64,000 nucleotides of DNA, from assembly GCA_918797485.1 (NCBI GenBank), contig CAKKNE010000003.1:4588001-4652000 (forward strand), given 5' to 3'. This document shows, in pieces, positions 10,587 to 20,750 of the stretch. A program made the translations under genes and the position numbers. Numbering within the stretch: position 1 is the stretch's first letter; every line of letters starts with the position of its first letter. The notes beneath the pieces are model-generated. The model saw only the letters and a list, made by a program, of their open reading frames with translations. It ran no database searches and was not told where the DNA came from. The DNA comes from Pelagomonas calceolata (lineage: Eukaryota).

Positions 10587-12157
10587 CTACCACCAGCTCC
10601 GCGGCCGGTTGAGGCGCGCGCAGGCCCGCTCGAACTCCGCCGCGGCGTCGTCGAGCTCGCCGGCCTTGTCGGCGAGGCGCGAGAGTCGCTCCCCGCGCTC
10701 CGCCGCCGCCGTGCGCAGGCCGCCGAGCCCCCCCGCGCCGCCATGCGCGTCGCGGGCCCGCGGCGACGGCGACGGCGCGGCGGCGCGCGTCCAGGACGCC
10801 GGCAGCAGCGACGCTAGCGCCGACGGCCGCGCGGGGGCGCCCTTTTCGAGGGCGAGAGAAAGAGCCCCCCACGACGCGTCCGCGCCGGGTGTCGCGCCGA
10901 CCGCCGCCGCCTTCGCCGCGCACGCCGCCCGGAGCGCGGCGGAGTCCGGCGAGGCGCGCGCGTCGGCCGCCGCGCAGACGGCCACGATCGCGGCCGAGAG
11001 GGCCGGCGGACACGGCTCGGGCGCGGCGGCCCGCGCGAGTGCCAGTTCGGGCGCGTAGACGCCCGCGGCGTCGCGCGCCGCCGGCGCCGCGCCGCCGCGC
11101 ACCAACGCCTCGGCCGCGGCGGCGACGTCGTCCGGGTTCTCGTGGGAGGCGAAGCAGCAGTGCAAAGGAGCGGCGCCCCGCCCCAGCCCGACGCGCGCCG
11201 CGCTCGTGTGAGGCGGCGGCCGCGCGAGGAGCCGAACGTCGGCGTCCGCGCCCGCGCCCAGGAACGCGGAGAGCGCGGGCGCCCGCCGGCAGAACGCGAG
11301 CGCGTGCGCGGCCGTGAAGCCCCGTCCGTCGCGCGCCGCGAGCGCGTCGGGCCCGAGCGCCGCCGCCGCCGCGCCCGCGGCCGCGGCTTCCGCGCGCGCC
11401 GCTGCCACCACCAGCGCGTGGGCCGGCGCCGCGCCGCGGCGGTCGCGCTTCGACGCCGGCGCGCCCGCGGCGACGAGCGCCTCGACCTGCGTAGAACCAA
11501 AAACCGTGGCTCCCGAGGCCTTGACCTGTTCGATGGCCGATAGCTTCCGCACGGGCCTCCAACGCAAACGGGGCGCGCCGCGGCGCACGCGACGTGCAGC
11601 GCCGTCGCGCCGGCGCCGTCAACCGCGCCCACGTCGGCGCCCCGCTCGAGCAAGTGCGTGACGCGGGCGCCGCGCGCCGCGGCGACGTGGAGCGGCGCGC
11701 GGCCCCGCGCGTCCCTCGCGTTCACGTCACATTCGCCCGTGTCGTCGTCGCAGAGCGCCCGCGCGTGCGGCGAGCCCCGGAGACAGGCGTGCCGCCAGGT
11801 GCCGGAAGCTCCGAGGCCGGCGCGACCCGCAAGGAGGCGCGCGCCGAGCGCGAGGAGCCACGCGCCGCGGTGCGTCGTCACCAGCACAACGCCGGCGTCG
11901 CCCCGCCGCCCCACGGAAAATGCGCCGGGCGGCGTGTGCGGTGGCGGTGTCACATCGATCGCGCAGCCAGCGTCGACACGCACGACAGCGCGCTTGCTGC
12001 CGTCCTCGGCCTCGACGACGAGCGTCGTCGCGCCGCGTCGTCGCAAGAGACGCGCGCGCGCGTCGACGAGCCGGGCGCCCGTGAGCCGGCTAACAAGACC
12101 CTTGCCCTTCCGGAGCCACTGGACCCTGCCCGCTAGGGCGACGTCCTGCTCCTGCAT
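10587..12157 (-). CDS. PH-like N-terminus, ankyrin repeats and C-terminal R-SNARE-like coil; intron 11487-11563
   Basis: DVNARDARGRAPLHVAA and GATALHVAC...VEALVAAGA after splicing; C-terminal ERGERLSRLADKAGELDDAAAEF...SWW resembles the synaptobrevin/tomosyn motif. Confidence 0.8.
11487..11563 (-). mobile_element. Eroded introner-type intron (77 bp)
   Basis: TGC|GTTGGAGGC-CCGTGCGGAAG...TTCTACGCAG|GTCGAGGC; length reconciles the two ORF frames. Confidence 0.75.
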
Positions 12158-12247
12158 CTGCGCTTAGCACATCAGGACCGCACGAAGATGCTGAAATGCG
12201 ACTTATAACAAAAGCATCGCACTTTAGATGGGCAAAATACTATTAGC

Positions 12248-12428
12248 AGTCAATTCGGGTTGCGGGGGCGCGCCTCGAGGGGTGACGGGGGAGCTATCCC
12301 CCGCGAGCGTGTACGTAAGCTTGCTGCCGGTCGTAGAAGCGTGCGTCGTCGTCGCCGTGCCCGGGCGCGTTGGTGAAGTCCGGGTTCCCGCGGACGAGCC
12401 GGAGGCCGTCGATCTTGATCCGGGCGTA
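12248..12428 (-). mobile_element. 3' fragment of non-LTR retrotransposon family A
   Basis: Encodes ARIKIDGLRL.RGNPDFTNAPGHGDDDARFYDRQQAYVHARGG*, ends CCCGAATTGACT; matches copies at 22.2, 45.1, 49.6 and 54.1 kb. Confidence 0.8.
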
Positions 12429-12456
12429 AGGCGGCGGTCCGAGTCCACAGTGACAT

Positions 12457-12562
12457 CTGCCCCGTACCGTCAACGGTACGGGGCACACAGGCACTAGTGA
12501 GTTTTGCGCCACTAGCATTAAGCTGTTTTACGCCACTCGTCACAACGCTGTTCTTCGCCGCT
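12457..12562 (+). repeat. Dispersed repeat beginning with a hairpin plus CTAGT (Helitron-terminus-like), copy 1
   Basis: GCCCCGTACCGT-CA-ACGGTACGGGGC hairpin, then CTAGT about 9 nt later; near-identical to 18611-18717. Confidence 0.7.
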
Positions 12563-12569
12563 AAGTAAT

Positions 12570-14015
12570 TCAAAGGTGGAAGAAGAGCGGCCCATGGTCG
12601 TGGATCGGGACGGCGGGCGCTCGCCTGGCGAGCTCCGCGGCAAGAAAGCCGTCGGCCGCGTAGAGACGCCGCTTCGACGGCTGGGGCTTGCCATCTTCAA
12701 AGAGGCGGACGGCGAACGTCATGTTGCGCATCGCCGACGGCCGCACGAGCATGCACCCCAGGTCGATGTGCGTATAGTTAAAGGCCACGCTATGGAAATT
12801 TCTGCGAAGGTGGCAGGAGAAGTCGACGGCCGTCGACCCGACGTCCGGGCGCGCGTTGAACACGGCAAGCTGGTGCCGGAAGAAGTCGACGTGGTAGATG
12901 TTGTCGCCGTTCGTGACATGGATGAAGTCGCAGCCGCCTCGCCGGCGCATCTCGAGGAGCCACAGGTCCGTCAGGATGTAGCCGTAGTCTTTTTTGACCG
13001 TGACGCCCCAGCGTCGCCTGAAGGCCGTCTCGGCGCGCTGGTAGCGATCGTCGAAGCGCTCGTGGATCTCGAAGCTGCCCGACGCGTTCTGATCAACGCA
13101 CGACGCCTCGAACGCCACGCGGCGGCGGAAGCAGGGCAACAGCGGAAGCCGCCAATCCGTGTTGGCGAGGTGCACCTCCAGGTCCACCGGCGTCCCGGCC
13201 GCGCGCACGGCCGCTCGCATCGTCTGCAGCATCGTACCGATCACGCTCTTGTGGCCATTGTAGCTACGGACGTATGCGCAGATGCGGGTCGCGTTGCGGG
13301 TCGCGGGGCCCCCGGGCGCCGCTCCAGTCCGCGCCGCCGCCGCATCTAAGTCCGCGGGGCGGCCGCACGCGCAATTTCCGCCGACCGGCCGGCACGTCAC
13401 GCCGTGGGATCCTTGTCGTCCTACGTCCAGCCTGTTGTCGCACGCGCCGACGCGATGGTCCATGCGACACGCCACCTGTTCGTACTTGGCCGTACGTCGG
13501 CGCGCCTCGTGGACCTTATATTTTGCCGTCACCGCCGCGGTGAGGGCGTGGACCTTATATTTTGCCGTCTCCGCCGCGGTGAGGGGCGCCGCCTCGCAGC
13601 CGAAGCGTCTTCCTTCTCGCCGCCCGTGGCTCTGGAAGTGTCGGTGGAGCGCTTGGACGTTGCACTCGTCCTTGCTGCAGAAGGCGTACTCGAGATCGGG
13701 GTAGCGTCGCCCGTAGCACGTGGCGCCTTCGAACACATCCGATATATTCACCTGAAACGAGCCGAGTCCCGCGCGGCAGGCCGGCGGTGACGCGGCGACG
13801 GATGTGTTTGCCGCTCCAAACGGCCGAGCCGCCGCGAGGTGCGGCGAGGCCAGCAGCACGCCGAGGGCCAGCCCGCGCCCCGCGGAGCTGCCGGAGCCGG
13901 ACAAAAGGGTGCCGACGCCCGTGATCGCAGCAGCGGAGCTGCGCGCCGTCGCCAGGACGGCGATGGCGAGCAAGGTCGTCGTGGTCATGGAGGGGCAGCG
14001 CCACGTCGGCATCAT
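12570..14015 (-). CDS. Secretory-pathway GT-A fold (GT2-like) glycosyltransferase
   Basis: Hydrophobic leader, YGRRYPDL...HFQSHGRREGR module, FIHVTNGDNIY, IDLG, ADGFLA; 13-aa internal tandem duplication LTAAETAKYKVHA. Confidence 0.7.
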   Translation of the reverse strand: MMPTWRCPSMTTTTLLAIAVLATARSSAAAITGVGTLLSGSGSSAGRGLALGVLLASPHLAAARPFGAANTSVAASPPACRAGLGSFQVNISDVFEGATCYGRRYPDLEYAFCSKDECNVQALHRHFQSHGRREGRRFGCEAAPLTAAETAKYKVHALTAAVTAKYKVHEARRRTAKYEQVACRMDHRVGACDNRLDVGRQGSHGVTCRPVGGNCACGRPADLDAAAARTGAAPGGPATRNATRICAYVRSYNGHKSVIGTMLQTMRAAVRAAGTPVDLEVHLANTDWRLPLLPCFRRRVAFEASCVDQNASGSFEIHERFDDRYQRAETAFRRRWGVTVKKDYGYILTDLWLLEMRRRGGCDFIHVTNGDNIYHVDFFRHQLAVFNARPDVGSTAVDFSCHLRRNFHSVAFNYTHIDLGCMLVRPSAMRNMTFAVRLFEDGKPQPSKRRLYAADGFLAAELARRAPAVPIHDHGPLFFHL

Positions 14016-15740
14016 TTCTGAAATGCTGCCGGGCTGCCGTCTGGGGGTCTGTATGCGCGTTGGCGCTGCTTTTTAGCTCCTTTGGGAGCACACAGCGAGA
14101 GCGAGTGTGGGAGAGAGACGCTGGTCACGGCCGCTTCACTATAGGATGTTGGAATTGCTAAACTTAGCTAAACAAAGGCGCCTAATGCCGCCCGTAACTC
14201 GGCACGCGGGCATCCTCGTGCAAAACACTTAGTGTACGCCGTGGGCACGGGCAGCCGGGCTACGCGTTGCAAAAAACGCGGCAGCAATTGGGCTGCCTCT
14301 CGCCGAGAAAACGGCCAAAAACCATGCAAAAAGCCATGCGATCGTCTTTTTTGGCGCCGTTTCGAGCCGATCGGGCCACCGCAGCGTCGGACATCGTAAA
14401 ACATGTGGCCGCGGACGATTTAAAACACTAAACAGGGGCAGCGGTCCGTGGGATGTCAGTCTATGCGTGGTCCGCGTTTACGGCGAGAACGCGGCTTCGG
14501 GCGAAAATCGCGCCCGTGGGTCGCGAGATTTGGCAGAGGCCTTCTCAGCCACCATGACGTGCATACGAGGGGCGTCGAGGGCTGTGTTGAGGACCACGGG
14601 GAGCAGCAATGCCTGGAGCGCGTCGCGGCGGCGCCGTGGGCTCGAAATCTCAAAAGTTATGAGAACGTCACGTCGATATCGTCAGTAGGCATGGTGATGG
14701 AGCGAAAACGGCCGAAGGTTCTCATAACTTTTGCGCTCACGGCGGCTGAGAGGGCTATATGTCCGGCCAAATGGGCAGCCCCTCTCGCTCCCAGGAGCGC
14801 CCGCGAGCTGCTACTTTTTTGCTCATCCGCGAGCTGGGACATCGGACGACGTGCTGCGGCCGCGCTTCCGCTGAAAACAGGCGCGGCGACCGGTGAACTC
14901 CACCATTCACGCTGCGCGTTTAGCTAAACAAAGCTAAACTTTTGGCATGCGCCGCTGGCGATTTGAGGCTTCCCGTCCGCGGCCCGGAGGCCCTCAGGCA
15001 CGGATCTTACGTAGAATGCGCTTTTATTTCCAAAATCCCTAATATTATAATCTCGGCTTTTGGTGCTACCGTGTGGTGCGGGCCATCGTGCGAAGTAAGG
15101 TCGCCGACGCGAGCCCGCCAGACAAACGCTTGGAGGCTTGCGACACCGGCTCTAGGGCGCAAGGACCGGCTAAACGGAAGCTGGGCGAACAAAAACGACG
15201 CGCGCGCGCCGTAAGTACACAAAGAACCTAGGAGTGCCCGGGGACAGATACTACGTGGGCAACGCTTCGTCGATGGCCGCGAGCGCCGCGAGGAGCGCGC
15301 GGCAGCGGTCGCCGTCGGAGACGTAGAGCGCGCCGGCGAGGCACTCGAGGCCCGACGCGTCGGCGTAGAGTCGTAGACGCTCGCCGCGAGCCGCCGCGGA
15401 AAGTCAAACCCTGAATCCGCGTACTCGTTTTGTTGCTTGAAAAGTTGAGGACCGTCGAGGTTTTCACCAGACCCCCATACAGACATCTTGTTATGTATTG
15501 TATAGAATTTTTTTTTTGGCTTTGAACTTGAGTCCTAAGAGCCTTACCCTGCTCGGTCATGATACCCAACCGGAGCTTCGAGAGCGATAAGGTTATAGAC
15601 GATAAGGTAACGATATAAAGATTCCGAGTCCTCAATCTCAGGCCGCTCCCGTGGATAACTTCGTTGATACTACCGTGACTTCTCCGAGTCCGTTTGCGCC
15701 GCAAGTAAACAACAACAACTAGTACTAGTAGTAGAGTTAA

Positions 15741-16340
15741 CTACCCTTTGCTAAGCGGCGCGGCGCCCCAATCCACCTCCCCGAGGGGCCCCGCCAGGAT
15801 TCCCGCGTCGAGCCGCTCCAGAAGGTAGTCCGCCACGGCCAGGCACCGCTCCGCCTCGACGTCTCGGGCGCCGAGGTGCACGTGGCGCCAGATCGCCGCG
15901 CCGAGCGCGTCGCGCCGGTCGGCGCCGTCGCGGGACGAGGCGTCGTCGTACTCGAGGGCCGCCTGGAACGAGTACTTCTGTACGTCGGTCAAATGTTTGT
16001 TCACGGAGATCTCCGCGACACCCGATGCTCGTATTCGCGCCTGCGTGTCCTCCCAGAGCTCGTCGAAGACCGCCTCCTGGAGCAGCCGGCGCTCGCGCCT
16101 GGTGGAGGCGCCCTCCGTCTCGAACGCCCGGTGGACGAGCCAGACGTGCGCGAAAATGAGGGAATGCTGCGGCCGGAACGCGCGCGTGTCGATCCCCGCG
16201 CGCTTCGCCCAGTTCGGGTGCGATGCCTGCAACGCGCACGCCCGAAAGAGCGCATGGGCGGTGCGCGCGCGCGTCGCGTCGGCGCCGAAGTAGCCCACTG
16301 CTTTGAGGAGGGGCCGCAGTCGCGTCTCCAAGGACGGCAT
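15741..16340 (-). CDS. UQCC1: Ubiquinol-cytochrome c reductase chaperone (Cbp3/UQCC1)
   Basis: SLIFAHVWLVHR, LWEDT..RI, YDDA...DALGAAIWRHV motifs. Confidence 0.85.
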   Translation of the reverse strand: MPSLETRLRPLLKAVGYFGADATRARTAHALFRACALQASHPNWAKRAGIDTRAFRPQHSLIFAHVWLVHRAFETEGASTRRERRLLQEAVFDELWEDTQARIRASGVAEISVNKHLTDVQKYSFQAALEYDDASSRDGADRRDALGAAIWRHVHLGARDVEAERCLAVADYLLERLDAGILAGPLGEVDWGAAPLSKG

Positions 16341-16528
16341 CGCTTGCGCTTTCGATTGCGTTTAGCAGCTGTGCGTCAACGATTGGGACTACACGTGCCG
16401 GCTGGCTCGTAGTCGCTGCGCCGTCGCGCGCGCCGCGCGCGCGAGGTCAAAATCGGGTTTTATCTCCTATCCGCCGATAGGTGTGTGTATCAAGGAGCAG
16501 TCTCCTGGACGCCGCAGGACCGGCAGCG

Positions 16529-18383
16529 ATGGACAACCTCCTCCTCCTCACGGACTCGTACAAGGTGAGCCACTGGGCCCAGTACCCGCCGGGGACCGAG
16601 ACCGTGTACTCCTACTTTGAGAGCCGAGGCGGCAAGTACGACGAGGTCTGCTTTTTTGGCTTGCAATATTTCCTGAAGCGCTACCTCGCGGGGGAAGTCG
16701 TGACGGAGGCGCGCATCGACGAGGCCGCGGCCTACTACGAGGGCCACTTCCCGCCCGGCTTCGAGTTCAACCGAAAGGGCTGGGAGCACATCGTCGACGA
16801 GCACAAGGGCCGGCTCCCCCTCACCATCAAGGCGGTGCCCGAGGGGACGGTGGTCGGCGTGAAAAATGTCTTGATGACGGTCGAAAACACGGATCCGAAG
16901 TGCTTCTGGCTGACGAACTACGTGGAGACGCTCTTGGTGCAGGTCTGGCACGCGATGACCGTCTGCACGCATTCGAGGGAGCAGAAGAAGGTGATCGCGG
17001 CCTACTTAGCCGAGACGGGCGACGTCGGCGGCCTGGGCTTCAAGCTGCACGACTTCGGGTTCCGCGGCGTTTCGAGCGTGGAGAGCGCGGGCACCGGGGC
17101 CTGTGCCCACCTGGTGAACTTTCTGGGGACGGACACCGTCGCGGGCTTGGTCGTGGCCCGAGAATACTACGGGTGCCGCACGGCCGGCTTCTCCATCCCC
17201 GCGTCGGAGCATTCGACGATCACCGCGTGGGGGCGTGCGGACGAGGCCAAAGCTCTGGAGAACATGCTAGATCCAGCGTTTGGCACGCACGACGCCTTCA
17301 AATTAAACTTTCGGATGCGCCATCGACGCGACGTCGTCCCGCTACGCTGGCTCGATGGCGCGGATGGTGCGCGGCCCCTCGCCTCGGCGTCGTCGCGCGA
17401 CCGCTCCTCACCGGTCACGTCAACGTAGGCTCGACGCGTACCCCACGGGCCTGGTAGCGTGCGTGTCCGACTCCTACGACGTCTTCAAAGCCTGCAGCGA
17501 GATCTGGGGGGAGACGCTGCGGTCGAAGGTTTTGGGGCGTGAGGGGACGCTCGTCGTGCGTCCCGACTCCGGCGAGCCCTGCGCTACGTCGTTAAAATGC
17601 CTCGAGCTGCTCTACGAGAAGTTCGGCGGTCCGCTCGTCCGCGTCGGTCGCCTCGAGGTGCCTTCGCTTGGCGTAGTAGTCGTCGGTCGACCTACACGCC
17701 GTCGACACGACGGTCGCGGCGATGGCCTGCCGGTGGGGTCAAAGAAGTACTCGAATCGCGTCTCGTCGACGACGCGCCGACGAAGGCGGACGCCGGCTCG
17801 CCACCTCCGCGCCCGTCGGCGCGACGGCTTCATTCGCGCAGGTCAGGTGAACGAAAAGGGCTACAAGGTCCTGGACCCCCACGTCCGCTTGATTTGGGGC
17901 GACGGCATCGACTACCAGGCGTTGTGCACGATCTGCGCCACGCTCAAAGCCAACGGATGGTCCCTCGACAACATCGCCTTTGGGAGCGGCGGCGGCCTGC
18001 TCCAGAAGCTGAATAGGGACACGCAAAAGTGCGCGTTCAAATGCTCCTCCATCACCGTCGGCGGCCAGGACCGGGACGTGTTCAAGGACCCGGTCACGGA
18101 CCCGGGCAAGGCGTCCAAGCGGGGGCGCCTCGCGCTCGTGGCCGATTCGGAAGGCTCCTACGTCACGAAGACGGCGTGTCCCAGGGAGGGCGTGCCCGGC
18201 GACGTGCTGGTCGAGGTCTTCCGCGACGGGACGTTGTTGGTGGACCAGTCCTTCGACGACGTGCGCGCGCGCGCGGCCATTCCCGACCCCTCGACGCTGC
18301 CGCTGCTCGGGGGCGTCGCCGGGGCGCCTCCGCAGCAAATCGAGGTGCTCTACGGCACAGTCGAGCAAATCGACGGACTGTAG
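16529..18383 (+). CDS. NAMPT: Nicotinamide phosphoribosyltransferase; introns 17266-17428 and 17629-17841
   Basis: [60 protein letters not shown]. Confidence 0.96.
17266..17428 (+). mobile_element. Introner-derived GC-AG intron in NAMPT (163 bp)
   Basis: AT|GCTAGATC...TTTCGGATGCGCCATCGACGCGA...CTCGATGGCG...CGTAG|GCTCGACG; restores ENMLDAYPTG. Confidence 0.85.
17629..17841 (+). other. GT-AG intron in NAMPT (213 bp, in frame, no stop), probable old introner
   Basis: G|GTCCGCTC...CGCGCAG|GTCAGGTG; removal restores [14 protein letters not shown]; length close to the fresh introners. Confidence 0.8.
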
Positions 18384-18610
18384 AGGTGTCGCTACTTTGG
18401 CCGGCATCCACCCTCCAGACTCCATGTTCGTAGGTCGCGTGAACCCCCCCTTTGACCCCGGAGGCGTCTGTGCTTCCTTCCTGCCTAACACGAGCACCCC
18501 GGATCTCTAGGCTCTAGTACTCGCAGGCTAGGCTGGCGGTAGAGGCCCGGGCTGGCAGGTATCCTGAGTCAGTGTATGTCCTTCCTTTGGGATATTCCTT
18601 CCTAAGATGG

Positions 18611-18717
18611 CTGCCCCGTACCGTTAACGGTACGGGGCACACAGGCCCTAGTGAGTTTTGCGCCACTAGCATTAGAGCTGTTTTACGCCGCTCGTCAGAA
18701 CGCTGTTCTTCGCCGCT
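18611..18717 (+). repeat. Hairpin+CTAGT dispersed repeat, copy 2
   Basis: Perfect palindrome GCCCCGTACCGTTAACGGTACGGGGC, then CTAGT; matches 12457-12562. Confidence 0.7.
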
Positions 18718-19291
18718 CGTCCTTTCCGTCCCCGTAAAAACGTTTCTCTCGCTCCCCGCGTTCCGATGAGCACCTTTTCAAAACCATCCGGGGAGCGAGA
18801 CCTATGTTAGGCACAAATTACACACTAGAAAATTCACAAAAAATGCCTCCGCGCGTAGTCCGGCCGTCGGGGGCCTCTATGCTGACCCATGGGTGGGTCC
18901 GAACCGTTCGGACCGCTCAAAACCTCCACAACGCCGACATTCAGTGGGCCGAACGTGACGTCGAGGCCGACTTCGTGCAGCCTAAATTGTGCATTCCGGG
19001 CCAATTGAACCAAAACCGTGGCCACGGAGCATCTATTACGATCGTATGCGATGGCCCACGCACGTCAACGGGCTCGCCGCGATTCGATGACAACGAGCCG
19101 GCCCATACCCCGAAATGCGCCGTCGGATGCCGCAGCCGAACGGGCCTTATGGTTCGCTCCAGCCGTTCCACGTCGTTCGGTAGGTCCCCACGCTTGGTCC
19201 CGCGCTCGGGTAGATCGCTTCGCGCCGCGGAGGACCTACTAGTACGTTGGGCAGATCACGGGCAAATCACGACCTTCTTCAACAAGGTTAC

Positions 19292-20517
19292 TCAGCGGGG
19301 ACCGGGCGCCATCGTCATCCGCCGGTTCCGGTGCTTCTGCGCGAGGAGCAAAAGCGGGTCGCGCGGCGGCGCGGCCGCCTCGTCGTCGGCCGCCGCGTCC
19401 GACTCGGACGCGTCCGAGCCGGGCGGGCTCTCCGGATCCGTGGCGGGCGCTGCGGCGGGCGCCGGCGCCGGCGCGTCGTCGCCGACGGGCTTCGCCATCT
19501 TGGTCAGCCGGTCCGCGGCCCGCTCGAAGCCGCGCTTCGCCGCCCGCTCGTACCTGCGCGGACGTCGACCGGTATCTCGGACCCGTCGGCCGAAGCCGAA
19601 ACTCGGACCATCGGTTGCCGCGCCGCGCCGCGCCACCGGACCGCCGCGTCGTACGCCGTCTCGTCCGGCGGCGGCGCCAGCAGCAGCGTCTCGTAGAGCC
19701 GGCCCAGGTTGAAGGCCGAGCGGTCGCAGCCCTGGTCGGCGGCCTTGGCGTAGTAGTGCTGCGCCCGGGCCGCGTCCGCCTTGAGGTCGCCCTCCGCCTT
19801 CTCGTACATGTACCCCAGGGCGGCCTGGGCGCCCCGGTGCTTCCGCCGCGCGGCCTTCTCGAACAGGAGGCGCGCGGTCCTCCGGTTCGCCCGCTGCCCG
19901 AGGAGGCCGTGGTAGAACACGCGCCCTAGGTTGTACCGCGCGCGCGGGTCGTCGTCGCGCGCCGCGTCCCGGTACCTGCGCGCAACCGGACCAGCGCGTC
20001 GGGCGCGCCGACGACGCGGCCGCGCGGGGCTCCAGCCTCTCGACCGGTGTCGCACGGAGTCCGAAATGAAGGCGCCGCGAAATGTTGAGTCCTGCGCCGC
20101 CCGGGACAGCGTCCGCGCCCGGCGCGGGCGCCGCCGCTCCGCGGCGCCCGTCTCGGCGTATTCGCCGACCACGCCGCGCGACGCCCGGTGCCCCAACGCC
20201 GCCGCGAACTTGTGGCACCGCAGCGCGTCGGCCGGGCTGACGCGCACGCCCAGGCCGCCGCTCTCGAAGAGCCTGGCCGCCTCGTGCATCTTGGCCGCGT
20301 CCGGCAGGTCCCGCTCGAAGTCGTGGCCCCGCAGCACCCGCCGCAGTTCGGCGTGGTCCCGCAGGAAGAAGGCGGCCCGCCGCTGGAGCTGCATCAATTT
20401 CGCGTCGGCCTCGCTCGCCTTCTGGCCGCAGGCGTCGTTGACGACCTTGCCCGCCTGGACCGCCGCGACGACGCCCGCCCGGCGGCGCACCTGCTCCCGG
20501 TGCGCGGCGCGCCGCAT
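19292..20517 (-). CDS. SEL1-like repeat protein; introns 19976-20107 and ~19554-19633
   Basis: ARYNLGRVFYHG, AQAALGYMYEK, YYAKAADQG...AFNLGRLYE; splicing restores LYRDAA and WYERAA. Confidence 0.85.
19976..20107 (-). mobile_element. Introner-derived intron in the SEL1 gene (132 bp, in frame, no stop)
   Basis: CT|GTCCCGGG-CGGCGCAGGACTCAACATTTCG...GCGCGCAG|GTACCGGG; TSD 7/8. Confidence 0.8.
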
Positions 20518-20750
20518 CGCGCCTTGCCTCCGGGCAGCCTGTGCTTGCCTGTGCTTGTTCGCGTTGACTGTGAGTGTTTGCCCGGAGGCTGGTGGCGCCC
20601 CCAAAAGTCGGCCCCCGTAAAGATCGCCCAAAGGTCGTTTTCTACTGGAGGTGTCGGGGAAATTGCGTGCGGGTTCCTCGCCGCGCTGACGGTCGTCAAT
20701 ATTCCACGGCCATAAACTCATAGCTGGCCGGTGCCGGCTTCGTCGCGGTC

